A stretch of 64,000 nt of DNA from a virus, in IMG/VR virus record IMGVR_UViG_3300032315_000979, positions 1 to 64,000 of that record; one strand, 5' to 3'. Of the stretch, positions 1-10,438 are shown piece after piece (the first letter of the stretch is position 1; every line of letters begins with the position of its first letter). Both the position numbers and the translations under genes were made by a program. The notes beneath the pieces were generated by a model that ran no database searches, was not told the DNA's origin, and saw nothing but the letters and a program-made list of their open reading frames with translations.

Positions 1-277
1 CACCAAGAAGGATCAGAAAATTTTGTCAAATTGTTTACAGATTACACTAAAGGAGTTTTGATCAATGTCTAAAACAAAATATTGGCTTTGGATTGTTTGG
101 ATATGTATTGTACTTGGGATAACATCAATAATTGCATTACCTATTATTATTATTACACTTCCAATCATTTTGATTCTCATGATAGCTGCAGTTATCGTTT
201 AACTTTCTAAAATAGAAAATGTGTGATATGATAGATGAATGTAATTTAGCGGGCTACTAGCCAGATAAGGATTTGAA

Positions 278-628
278 ATGAAAGATGAATTAAATATTAA
301 TGATGAGTTGTACACCGATATTGCTTTGCAAATGCTTTCTGCATATATAAATGGAGATAAAGAAGTAACATCAGAATTAATAAACGGTTATGCATTATCT
401 AATGATGATGACCCGACATTTATGCCTGGATTGATATTTGCATCAATGATGCATATGGCAATACTATTGTCTGCGATTGCAGATAGTACAAATATTTCCA
501 CTGAAGAAGCATTAACGCATTACGCAAGTGTTTACAACCTTCAATTCAGAGAACAAATGGCTAAAATCCCTGCATTACATCAAGATATTGCAAAAGAAAT
601 GTATAAGAAGATCGCTCAAGGCGAATAA
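278..628 (+). CDS. hypothetical protein
   Basis: 116-aa ORF with AAGGA RBS; no recognisable motif. Confidence 0.6.
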   Translation: MKDELNINDELYTDIALQMLSAYINGDKEVTSELINGYALSNDDDPTFMPGLIFASMMHMAILLSAIADSTNISTEEALTHYASVYNLQFREQMAKIPALHQDIAKEMYKKIAQGE

Positions 629-774
629 TTTTTATTGCATTTAATGAGGATGGAGATTACTTTATAAGATAAAAAATCTGTAAAGCGAGTGAGCAAATTT
701 GTAGATTGCCCTCGTTTTGCATCTAAAGCTATGCTAATGCGAACTAATCGCAAAACCTAAACTATGGAGGCAAA

Positions 775-1311
775 ATGAAGACAAAAAGTTCTTTAATAAG
801 TGTAATTATAAGTATGTATATAGTAATCGTGGGCTCAATAGCTTACGCTTCTAGTGGTGATATGAGTATTGTTAATACAAACTCATATTCAGTGGTTATT
901 GATTTAGTTGAACTTAATACTAAGCCATTGGCTATTGATAGACCTGAGTGGTTGGATCATAGAGTACCTGATGATAAAAATAAGCGTTGCCCTCAGCATC
1001 ACGCTAAATTTAGAGAGTATGGATTACCTGTACAAGTATTTTCATATATTGCTTGGAGAGAAAGTGGTTGTAATCCAAAAGCAATAAATGCAAAATTTGA
1101 TTCAAATGGAAAGGTTATTTGGACATTGAATAAGAATGGTTCTATTGACAGAGGATTAGTCCAAATTAATAGTTCATGGAAAACAGTAACTAAAAATGTT
1201 TGCGGTACAGATTTGGATGGTCTATTAGAATTAGATTGCAATTTGAGTGTTGCAAAATATATCATGGACAATTCAAAAGGCAAGCTAATGAATTGGAAGA
1301 TTTCAAACTAA
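775..1311 (+). CDS. lytic transglycosylase (SLT/lysozyme-like) with N-terminal signal/anchor
   Basis: Motifs IAWRESGCNPKAIN (catalytic Glu) and DRGLVQIN; hydrophobic N-terminus; GGAGG RBS. Confidence 0.8.
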   Translation: MKTKSSLISVIISMYIVIVGSIAYASSGDMSIVNTNSYSVVIDLVELNTKPLAIDRPEWLDHRVPDDKNKRCPQHHAKFREYGLPVQVFSYIAWRESGCNPKAINAKFDSNGKVIWTLNKNGSIDRGLVQINSSWKTVTKNVCGTDLDGLLELDCNLSVAKYIMDNSKGKLMNWKISN

Positions 1312-1410
1312 AAGATTTTGGTATTAGAAACAGAATAGTAATTCTAGTGGGAACGGTTTTACTATTCTGGTATAGCCTTTGTATAAGGTTATATTCTAAT
1401 ACCAATTTAT

Positions 1411-1484
1411 GTATCCGTAGCTCAATTGGATAGAGCAACAGACTTCTAATCTGTAGGTTATAGGTTCAATTCCTATCGGATACG
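1411..1484 (+). tRNA. tRNA-Arg(TCT)
   Basis: Cloverleaf: acceptor GTATCCG/CGGATAC, anticodon arm ACAGA-CTTCTAA-TCTGT, T-loop TTCAATT; CCA not encoded. Confidence 0.92.
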
Positions 1485-1486
1485 CT

Positions 1487-1622
1487 AAGACATAGGCTAA
1501 GCCCAACCTTTCGGGTTAAGAAAAATATGCATTTGCTCATTTGGGGTATGAATGGGAAATGTCAAATATGGAGTTTTTAGTTTCATTGGTACTTCATAAA
1601 TGTTTTTTGCCTATGTCTTTTT
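1487..1622 (+). ncRNA. candidate structured RNA downstream of tRNA-Arg
   Basis: 11-bp closing stem AAGACATAGGC (1487-1497)/GCCTATGTCTT (1609-1619) enclosing several internal hairpins; no ORF. Confidence 0.4.
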
Positions 1623-1656
1623 CTATATATAAACACAAATTAGGAGCTACATAAAC

Positions 1657-2043
1657 ATGAAATACATATTAATTAAAGAAAATAGTGAAATAGAAATGAT
1701 TTTCACAAATAAAAAAATGACACTTGAAGAACTACAAAAACATGTTGACGGTTATATTCAATGGATTACGATTGATCCAAAGAATAACACTGGTTATTGG
1801 CTGAATGAGGAAGGCAAATTTAATAAGGGAACAAATGAACTTGCTACTAAATGGTGGTATTGGAATATTCTTAAGGAAAGAGACAGCCTAAAAGGATTTA
1901 ATGATTTCATTTCAGGCGATGTTATTTATACAAAAATGGATGATGAAAGGGAGCAATGTTCACTAACTGAAAACGATATTCTTGATTTTGAAGCATTTGT
2001 AGTTGCATTTAAAGTATTGACACAGAAAGATGAGAATAAATAA
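1657..2043 (+). CDS. DUF3846-like phage protein
   Basis: TLEELQKHVDGYIQ...NEEGK...NELAT...GDV pattern. Confidence 0.65.
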   Translation: MKYILIKENSEIEMIFTNKKMTLEELQKHVDGYIQWITIDPKNNTGYWLNEEGKFNKGTNELATKWWYWNILKERDSLKGFNDFISGDVIYTKMDDEREQCSLTENDILDFEAFVVAFKVLTQKDENK

Positions 2044-3051
2044 ATGACAGATAGCAATGAATATGCAATTCTTTTTTATAAAGAAGAGAAGGTGGTAGGT
2101 GTTAGTTCAATAACATCAACATTAGATGAAGTGAGAGGTGTTACAAACCTTATGGCAAATAGTGAAGGTGACTATTTACCAAATAGCGGGGATTACAATT
2201 TAGTTGGGTTTATGAAAGCACATGATATCAATGTGCTTTTACCTAAAGTAATAGAAGAATACGATCAACAAAACAAAGAAGGAAAATAAAATGCCATTAA
2301 ATTACGATATATCAGATATTGCAATGTACAAAGATAATTATGACGAAGCGTATACAGAATATACCCAGTTTGGTGATACTTATAAGGATGTAAAACCATT
2401 CCTTAAAGGTTTGATTTTTGCTGGTGGTATGGTTGCGCTTGGTTCAATTACTTACAAAAATGTAGGTGAATGGTATGCAAGATTGAAATTGTGTGAAGAA
2501 ATGTATAAGACTTTTCTTACAACTCAGTATGATGAAAAGGTAGAGAGCTATGTAGATAAGCCATTGGAAGCAAAAGAATTGGTTAAGTATATTGGTTTGC
2601 ATACAAATCACTCAACCATTACAAGAGGTCAATGGGTTAAGAATGTAAAGCGTAATCAAAATGTTTCTCTTACTCATGCACAAATGCAGTATCGTTTAAA
2701 GAAACTAGAAGAACAATTTGAAAAGGAAGTGTTCGCATGATTAAACCAAGTCAAATAAATATGTATCCAAGAGTATCCGATTGGTATGAAACTAATGTTA
2801 TTGTACACCGAGAAAACTCGGTGTTTGATAAATGGTATATAGAAGTTGTTTATTTTGAAGCAGATGCAGAATACACTTATGGTTCAGATAAAAAACACAT
2901 CATGGCTGGTGGATATCAAAGAGTTGAAATTACTGATAAACTAACTGGTAATTTTTGGGAAGATGCATTTCTTGGTGAAACTGCTCAACCTGACGCTAAT
3001 AGATGGGCTAATGATATTGTTACAAAAATTAAATATGGAAAGGTTAAGTGA
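2044..3051 (+). CDS. three tightly coupled hypothetical genes (2044-2289, 2291-2740, 2737-3051)
   Basis: Abutting or overlapping start-stop junctions with RBSs. Confidence 0.65.
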
Positions 3052-3440
3052 TGGTACTTGTAAATTTAGAAACAGATTATGATGTATTTAACTATGTTAA
3101 GCAACATCTTTTGAATCAGAATGAAAAATCAGTAGACCCTTGGTCATTATCATGTTATTATCGTGCGCAAAAAGAAGACGGTAAAGTATTGATGTGCGCT
3201 GTTGGTTGTCTAATAGATGATAATTACTATTCAGATGAATTTGAAAATAGTTCACCAGGTGATCTAAGAGTTAAGCGAGCAATTGAAAGTTCAATTACCA
3301 ATTGGAATTACAATGTAAGTTTACTTAGTGAATTGCAAAATATTCATGATGAGTATGAACCTGATCAATGGTCTTTAAAATTAGAATACCTTGAAAGTTA
3401 TTTTGGGGGAGTAAACAATGAATATATACAGGCAGGTTAA
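3048..3440 (+). CDS. conserved phage hypothetical protein, paralog of 5580-6128
   Basis: Shared YV..LL.Q..KS, C.YR, L.CAVG..I.D..Y, L..LQ.IHD motifs. Confidence 0.7.
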   Translation: MMVLVNLETDYDVFNYVKQHLLNQNEKSVDPWSLSCYYRAQKEDGKVLMCAVGCLIDDNYYSDEFENSSPGDLRVKRAIESSITNWNYNVSLLSELQNIHDEYEPDQWSLKLEYLESYFGGVNNEYIQAG

Positions 3441-3442
3441 TC

Positions 3443-4530
3443 ATGGCATTAATATATAATTACATCCTAGGTTATGATACAACTGACAATACTTGGTTTC
3501 ATAATGTTGAAGCTGAGTCTGATTTTATGGATGGTAAAACAGTATTCAATACTAAATATGAAGAGTATATAACTGAGTATCAAGGTGACGGTATCTATCT
3601 TTCAGATGTAGAGAGATTGATTGAATCATTTAATGAGGCAATTGAAACTCTAAATGCTAAAGAATTAGAAGCCGTTCGTCAAAAGATGATTAGATTCAAT
3701 GAAGCATTAGACAATGTAGTAAAGGATAGAGAAGGATGATACACGGAGATATCCATAGAAAAGAACATCATTTTATTGTAATAGCATGGCTTGATAAAGA
3801 TGACAAGATTAACTTTGATTTAGACATGGAGAATGTTGAAGTATTTTATCCAACCCCAGTTTTTAATATGGGTACTGGTGAATGGGTAAAATTAGATAAC
3901 GAGGAGATCATGGCAATAGATACAAGAATGTTACAACTACTACAAGAAAGATTGAGTATTAATAATGGCAACTAAAAAGACTGCAGTAAAGCTAGACAAA
4001 AAGACAGAGCAAGAACAATTGATTCAAGGAGCGATTAATGGAAATTATAGCTTATTGATTCCTTGCCAGGATGCAAAATTTGTTTATGTAAGAAATCCAC
4101 TTACAGGCAAAATTACTCATTTTGAAACTAATAAGCCTGAGTTTGTTTCTTGTATAAAGGAACTAGCTGATCTTGGGTTGAACGATAAGCTGGAGAAAGA
4201 CTTCTATGATTTGGGTGCGCTTAAGGATCAGAGATGGCTTCAGGTATTGGATTTCCTAAGAGTTGAGAATGCATTGGAGTTTATAGCATGACAACAGTAA
4301 AAGAAGCGATCAAGATGCTAAATGATCATTTAGACCAAGATGAAGAAATTTGTATTGCATGGTGGTCTAAAGAATTGTTTGAAGGTGCATTTGATTCAGA
4401 CATAAAAGAAGAAGCTTGGGTAATGGTAGTCAATGAGTTTGATGATATGACTATATATCCTCAAGAGTTAATATATAACCAAATAGTACAAACATTAGAC
4501 GATAACAAAGGTTGGGTTGAAAATGAGTAA
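3443..4530 (+). CDS. four small hypothetical genes (3443-3739, 3736-3975, 3965-4291, 4288-4530)
   Basis: Overlapping start-stop junctions, phage operon pattern. Confidence 0.65.
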
Positions 4531-4665
4531 AATAGACGGAGATAAGTTACGGTCAAAGATAGAAAAGCTTTTGCCTAATTGTTCTTTTGATGAAGATAAT
4601 GAAGGTCAAGTTATTATTTATACAAACCTAAAAGAAACAACAAACGGAAATTACAAGGAGCTAAA

Positions 4666-5292
4666 ATGAATAAGGAAAATCTGCAAAGAGTAATTGATGC
4701 CATCAAATTTGATGGACAAAAGAAATTTAATATGGCTGCCTTTATTGGTAAGTTAAGTGATGATAGAAATGAAGAATATATATTTGAAGATGGTGAGTTA
4801 GCAAGTAAATATAATGTAAGTAGAGTTCTTCGTATTGAAGAAGGTACAAAAATCTTTAATTGTACATCAATGGGTTGTATTGCAGGATTTGCTACAGCAA
4901 TAGCAAATGAATGGAAAGCGCCTAAGTGGTTGACAATTGATGATCATTCAGCTCATCTTCAAGGTTTTGAAAGCACATCAAATGAATTTTTAGGTTTCAC
5001 ATATGAAGAGGGTAGAAATCTTTATTATGGTGATGGTGCTTCTATTTGGAAATGGTTGATGTATATGGAGTCAGATAAATATTCTGATTTGCGAGTAGAA
5101 GAGTATGGATCATTAGAAGATGCTGAAGAATACGGTATGCAGTGGGATGATTCAGATCTTATGATTGACTTTACAACTATTGATTATCTAACAGCAGTAG
5201 ATGTATTAACAAGAATACTAAATGAAGAAATTTGTTTAGCTGATATGGATGGTGAACCATATTACATTAAGAAAGAAGCGGTAGTTTCATGA
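4666..5292 (+). CDS. hypothetical protein (CIAG motif)
   Basis: 208-aa acidic ORF, C...GCIAGFA motif, AAGGAG RBS. Confidence 0.6.
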   Translation: MNKENLQRVIDAIKFDGQKKFNMAAFIGKLSDDRNEEYIFEDGELASKYNVSRVLRIEEGTKIFNCTSMGCIAGFATAIANEWKAPKWLTIDDHSAHLQGFESTSNEFLGFTYEEGRNLYYGDGASIWKWLMYMESDKYSDLRVEEYGSLEDAEEYGMQWDDSDLMIDFTTIDYLTAVDVLTRILNEEICLADMDGEPYYIKKEAVVS

Positions 5293-5486
5293 AAAATAAA
5301 TACCCAGCCTATTGGAGAAGTATGGTAAAAGATGCACTTGGATGTGATGATGATTATGCTGAAATTCTTTTAGATTTTCAACATACTGTATCTAATGGCA
5401 TAGATTCATCTGAGGCTACAAATGCTGAATTAAGGAAATATTGGAAATCTATCCACAAGATGTATCAAGAAGATAATAAAGCTTAA
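5289..5486 (+). CDS. hypothetical protein
   Basis: ATGA overlap with the upstream gene. Confidence 0.55.
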   Translation: MKNKYPAYWRSMVKDALGCDDDYAEILLDFQHTVSNGIDSSEATNAELRKYWKSIHKMYQEDNKA

Positions 5487-5490
5487 ACTT

Positions 5491-5533
5491 TGTAAAATCC
5501 CCCAGGTAAGTATATCTGGGGGATTTTACATTT
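5491..5533 (+). terminator. stem-loop / probable terminator
   Basis: TGTAAAATCCCCCAG...CTGGGGGATTTTACA perfect inverted repeat after 5486. Confidence 0.6.
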
Positions 5534-5579
5534 AAAAACGAAAATAGAGCCAAATAGAGCTAAATGGAGGCATTTTAGA

Positions 5580-6128
5580 ATGGCTATGCAATTGAGTGAT
5601 TTAGAAAATGATATGCAGGTGATGGATTATGTTGTTTCAAATCTATTGAAGCAGGGTAAGAAATCAGTTGAAAGTTTCATGAATTATGATACTGACGAAT
5701 ATGAGGAGAGTGGAGATTGCTCTTACCGTGGTTTTATAAGAAATGATGACGGTCAGATTATTGATACCCTAAAGTGTGCCGTTGGTCATATCATTAGTGA
5801 TGAGGTTTATGATGAGCAATTGGAATCACAAACTATTGATAATACACATGTGCTTGACGCTGTAAAATTATCTTGTGAAAACTGGGTGGTTTCAGATAAC
5901 TCTTTGGGTATGTTAAAAGTTCTCCAAAGGATTCACGATATGATTGACCCTGAGAAATGGGAAACCTTTTTCACTTATATCAGAAGAGATATTATAGATG
6001 ATATTAGTGGTCATTCAATAATGAGTTCAGAATCAGCTACGCCTTACGCTCAGACATTGACAAGGTTTCAAAAAGATATAAAACTCAATGAACATGTCTT
6101 TGGAAACTATCCTAAGATTGAGCTGTAA
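5580..6128 (+). CDS. conserved phage hypothetical protein, paralog of 3048-3440
   Basis: CSYRG...LKCAVGHII...LQRIHD motifs; GGAGG RBS. Confidence 0.7.
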   Translation: MAMQLSDLENDMQVMDYVVSNLLKQGKKSVESFMNYDTDEYEESGDCSYRGFIRNDDGQIIDTLKCAVGHIISDEVYDEQLESQTIDNTHVLDAVKLSCENWVVSDNSLGMLKVLQRIHDMIDPEKWETFFTYIRRDIIDDISGHSIMSSESATPYAQTLTRFQKDIKLNEHVFGNYPKIEL

Positions 6129-6187
6129 TTATCATTAGGAAAAAGTAATATATCAACAATATTTTTATCATATATAAAAGGGAATAA

Positions 6188-6517
6188 ATGGCATACAGTC
6201 CAGAGTCAAGAAAAGTGAAATACGAAAACAAAAAAGAGCTGATGAAGGTTGATCCTAACTTTCGGACTGAAGCAAATCGTAAGAGACAAGAATCAAGAAA
6301 ACGAAGGATAACTAGTCGTTTAATGAATATTGGCTTTGATGTGACAAAGGTAAATACTGGTGTTTGCTGTTATGTTGAATGTGAGACTAAACTAAGCAGG
6401 TATAACCAGGATTATTGTTGCGCTTTGCATCAGACAAAAGTTATCAAAAATGGCTTGAATCAGATCATTGAATATGATGATGTTCGTGGTTTTGGCTTGA
6501 AGAAACAGGAGTTCTAA
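6188..6517 (+). CDS. basic protein with putative Cys/His Zn finger
   Basis: CCYVECETKLSRYNQDYCCALH. Confidence 0.55.
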   Translation: MAYSPESRKVKYENKKELMKVDPNFRTEANRKRQESRKRRITSRLMNIGFDVTKVNTGVCCYVECETKLSRYNQDYCCALHQTKVIKNGLNQIIEYDDVRGFGLKKQEF

Positions 6518-6877
6518 TGGGTTTTGATGAAGTTAGAGTAATATTAGCAATTATGGGTTTTATTATAATACTAGTAGTAGTAGGGAGTTAAGATGAAGAC
6601 AATATTGGCGTTATTGATCGGCGTATTTGCTGGCATTCAGTTTCATATTCATGTGGTTAGAAGAGCAATTGAAAAGCATGATCAATATGGAACTCAATGG
6701 GAAGAAGAATATAAATGGAATAGAAAAGGACCAGGTGGCAAAAAATGACTAATGTTAAATACAAAGCTGACGCAGTGCATATGGCTCGCATAAATATTGC
6801 GGGAATAAAAGCCCTTCAGGATATAGAAACAGGTACGCTTTATTATGATGTTTGTGATGAGTGTGAGATGTTATTAG

Positions 6878-7307
6878 ATGAGAATGAGATGGGGTATGGA
6901 CATGAATGCCAGTAAGACATTGGAATTGTATGGGAACTTCCCTTTGAATGTTTTAAAAGCTGGGGAGAAAGTTCTGGTTTATTGTAAGGAATGTAATACG
7001 GAATTAGATCTGGATCAGGTCATAGAACACATGACGGTTAATGATGAGAACCCAGGTGGGCATAGTGTTCACTTTACGATTGAGAAAGGATAAGGATATG
7101 AATACGGATCTGTTTCTAAAAATGGTTGGCTCGTACTTCATGATATTTGGCGGGGTATATCTATTGGTTACTATGATAGAACTTATAGAGGATTGCCTCA
7201 GAAGAAAGAGACTGTTGAAGACTCTGAATAGGATTGAATCTAAGGTAGACCAATTACCTGGAGTAGATCAAGATAAGGAAGATGAATGGTGGTTTGCTAA
7301 TAGATAG
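6878..7307 (+). CDS. small Zn-finger-like protein (6878-7093) and membrane protein (ends 7307)
   Basis: CKEC...EH...H in the first; one TM segment in the second; true starts probably downstream of the track starts. Confidence 0.5.
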
Positions 7308-7312
7308 GCTAC

Positions 7313-7356
7313 CCGTATACCTTTGAATAGGATACCGTATACCTAACCGTATACCT
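7313..7356 (+). repeat. three direct repeats CCGTATACCT at the start of a long AT-rich non-coding tract
   Basis: Copies at 7313, 7335 and 7347. Confidence 0.8.
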
Positions 7357-8021
7357 AAATTGTTGTAGTAAACGCTCAATAAAGGTGTAAAATCTATTAA
7401 ATACATAGGTGTTTTATACGAAAACCATACAAAATAAGGTAAATATACCCTATTTCCTTAGGATTTTTATATGCGACATACAATGAGACCCTATATAGCC
7501 CCTTATAAAGGTTCTAGAAAGATAAATATATATATTCCCCAAAATTTATATCATCATCTATGTAAATTATTTAGTGTGATATATCAAGAGGATATTAGTG
7601 AACAATTATATCCAAGAATTTGTAATTGAATTCGGGGGTGAATTAGGTCTGCCTAATGGATCAGGCATTAGCTTGAAATTACAATGATGTAAGACCTCAG
7701 ATAACTAGTTGAATAATAGATGTCCCATAAAGGTATTGGTTTATCTAAAAGTTTAGATAAATCATTACCTATTTTTTTATACGCACTCCATGTAATATTA
7801 CAAGGGCGTATTATTACAATGGTGTGTAATATTACAGGGCAACAAACGGATAAAAAAATGGGTAAAACAATAGATCACTGATCTAATATTTTTCAGGTTA
7901 ATTTTTGGGCAAGGTTGGTTTTCATTGGATTAGACGATAGAATGGTTAACGAAATGAGAGATTAATTTCTCAAATAAATAAATAATCAAATAAACAATTA
8001 AACAAAGAATAGGACAAAACA

Positions 8022-8357
8022 TTGGAACAAGAAATGCAATTTGAATTTATTAACGAAAATGAAATGGAATTCGCTAAGAGAGGGCGTAAATCTAATCTTG
8101 ACGAAAAGTTTGTTAATTCAGTTAAAGAAATGATCAAAAAAAATGATTCGGTTGCGAAAAAGCAATTTGTTATCATTTCAAGTTTGGCAATTCCTTCGGA
8201 TTTGACTGACATTAAGGATATCAAAAACTATAAGGCTAAAGTTGCAGCAATGCTTCGTACATTGGCTAAGAATTTGGGTTATGGTTCAGAAATCCGTTGG
8301 CATAAGGAAACAGTTCCAGCTATTCGTTTTACTTCAGTTAAGGGTAAAACTAAATAA
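8022..8357 (+). CDS. small basic RGRKS-motif protein, paralog 1 (putative DNA-binding)
   Basis: FEFINENEMEFAKRGRKSN shared with 8828-9124 and 9692-9973. Confidence 0.8.
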   Translation: MEQEMQFEFINENEMEFAKRGRKSNLDEKFVNSVKEMIKKNDSVAKKQFVIISSLAIPSDLTDIKDIKNYKAKVAAMLRTLAKNLGYGSEIRWHKETVPAIRFTSVKGKTK

Positions 8358-8385
8358 ATAGCTAAAACTATAGTCTCTCATTTCA

Positions 8386-8421
8386 ATAAGGCTTAGGGTA
8401 AAACCTAAGCCTTATTTTTTT
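8386..8421 (+). terminator. intrinsic terminator
   Basis: AATAAGGCTTAGG-GTAAAA-CCTAAGCCTTATT followed by T-run. Confidence 0.8.
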
Positions 8422-8549
8422 GTCTAAAAATAAGGTTGTCATAAAGGTTCACATAAAGATTTGAATTAGAATTCGGAATTGGATTTGGTCTAATGTAAAG
8501 ATACAGATAAGCATACTCAATTAGATAAAGGTTTCGTGTAATATTACAT

Positions 8550-8585
8550 GGGTGTAATTTTTTGAATAGACCAAAAATTACACCC
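8550..8585. repeat. cassette-boundary hairpin H1
   Basis: GGGTGTAATTTTT-N10-AAAAATTACACCC. Confidence 0.9.
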
Positions 8586-8827
8586 GCCCGCTGTAATATT
8601 ACAGGAAAGCCAGGCAGCTTCTGTAACTTTACAGCCGTGTAACATTAGGGTAGGCAAAAAAAATATCCCCAACAAGCGGGGTTATTCAGACAACGCTGTA
8701 ATCAGTATGCCTACTGTTACAGGGCTGGAATATTATGCCCGCTTGCTGGGGTTCTGTTGCCAAGCGTAATTTTAGACGCTCCGTACTTACCGTCAGACGC
8801 TCAGAGTTGAGTTACTATGGTGTAACT

Positions 8828-9124
8828 TTACTTGCGCTTTTCGGTGCGAACCACTTGCGGTACGCCTGATGACGACCACATGATGGTTACTGTAACATTA
8901 GCCTGCTTGCTAGCAGAACGGATAATAGCACCGTAACGGGCTTTATCAGTCTTTGCTTTGGCAGACTTCATGTCAACCGAAAAGGAAGTCAACTTGAGCG
9001 CTTGCTTTGGTGTAAGTTTACGCAACGCCTCAACAAGTTGAGGCGGGACGGTTGACTTACGACCACGGCTAGTAAACTCAAGTTCGTTTTCACCAATGAA
9101 CTCAAACGAGAAATCGTCAGCCAT
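8828..9124 (-). CDS. small basic RGRKS-motif protein, paralog 2
   Basis: FEFIGENELEFTSRGRKSTVPP...W...GVPQVVR; AAGGA RBS. Confidence 0.85.
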   Translation of the reverse strand: MADDFSFEFIGENELEFTSRGRKSTVPPQLVEALRKLTPKQALKLTSFSVDMKSAKAKTDKARYGAIIRSASKQANVTVTIMWSSSGVPQVVRTEKRK

Positions 9125-9522
9125 TAGTTACATCCTTGTAAGTTTTGGTTGGCAATAACACTATGCCTAGTGTTACCTCGGTGTAATTTTTGGAAGGTAC
9201 ACCACCTACCCATCCCCAACTTTGGTGCGGACACCGTGAGCCTACAAGTCTAAAATTACCGACTTGCCGTACCTCACGGCTGGGGTCAACCGCTAACCAA
9301 AAGTGTAGCCAAACCCAAACCCAAAAACTCAGCATTTCTAATATTACAGAACTTTTTTTCGGGTCTATTTGGGGACATAATCCCCTAAAGTTACATCTAA
9401 TGTTACAGAAGCTTATACCGTAAAGATAAAGGTCTAGAATTACATTCCTGTAAAGTTACAGAGAGCCCAGGCGGTGTTCCGTAATGTTACTAAAAATAGT
9501 GAGAGCTCCTGTAATATTACAA

Positions 9523-9560
9523 CGGGTGTAACTTTTAGTGGAGAGCAAAAGTTACACCCG
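9523..9560. repeat. cassette-boundary hairpin H2
   Basis: CGGGTGTAACTTTT-AGTGGAGAGC-AAAAGTTACACCCG. Confidence 0.9.
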
Positions 9561-9691
9561 CTCGCCTGTAATATTACACGGACTTTGGGCAAAAAAAATT
9601 ACAACCATGTAATTTTACTACTGTGTAATAATAGAGAGCCTGTCTCGCAGGGGTTACGAGACAGGCTACTCTTACGGGCGTGTAACTTTAG

Positions 9692-9973
9692 TTACTTGCG
9701 CACGATCTGCGGCACGCCATCTGGCGACCAGAGAATTTGCACCTTGACCTTCGCCTGCACACTTGCCGAGCGAATGGTTGCGCCGATCCGAGCCTTGTCG
9801 GTCTTGACCGTTGCTGACTTGACATTGACCTTCAAGGCTGACAAGCGAACGCCCTTGCCCTTTGGCATGTCTTTGATCGCCTGCACGAGTGCTGGTGGAA
9901 CATTAGACTTGCGACCTCGTTGGGTGAATTCCATTGAATTTTCGTCAATGAATTCAAATTCAAACTCTGACAT
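9692..9973 (-). CDS. small basic RGRKS-motif protein, paralog 3
   Basis: FEFIDENSMEFTQRGRKSNVPP...WSPDGVPQIVR; AAGGA RBS; upstream TTGCAA-17-TATCGT promoter. Confidence 0.85.
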   Translation of the reverse strand: MSEFEFEFIDENSMEFTQRGRKSNVPPALVQAIKDMPKGKGVRLSALKVNVKSATVKTDKARIGATIRSASVQAKVKVQILWSPDGVPQIVRK

Positions 9974-10334
9974 GGTTTATCCTTAGTGATCTCACCCCGC
10001 AGGGTGTGTCTTGGCGTTATTGCCTTGACATGAATAACGATAAGGCTTAGGGATAAGAATTGCAAGGTAATCAGATCGTAACAATGCCCGCAAACCCAAT
10101 GCCCATATGAGATATATCACCGACATTGTTACAATATGGTTACAACTCTAAAGTTACACGAGAAACTCTAAAATTACATGATCGGGGCTAATGTTACACA
10201 GAGCGGCGAGATCGCCCAGATCGGGGGTCGTAAAGTTACACGAGTGTAAAGTTACATTCTCATAAAGGTGAGATCAGGTAATGTTACATCCATAAAACAT
10301 ACTAAACTAATGATACACACGGGTAATATTACAT

Positions 10335-10372
10335 CTGGTGTAAGTTTTAGTGGAGCGCAAAACTTACACCAG
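10335..10372. repeat. cassette-boundary hairpin H3
   Basis: CTGGTGTAAGTTTT-AGTGGAGCGC-AAAACTTACACCAG. Confidence 0.9.
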
Positions 10373-10438
10373 CCCCCAAGCTCTGTAATTTTACAGCCTG
10401 GTAACTTTACTGGTGTGTAACTTTACTCGTGTGTAACT

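Noticed and set aside
9474-9986. 170-aa + strand ORF and other overlapping ORFs in the cassette region
   Set aside because: Antisense shadows of genes supported by paralogy and RBSs; their repeated CNIT/CNF peptides just reflect the DNA palindrome.
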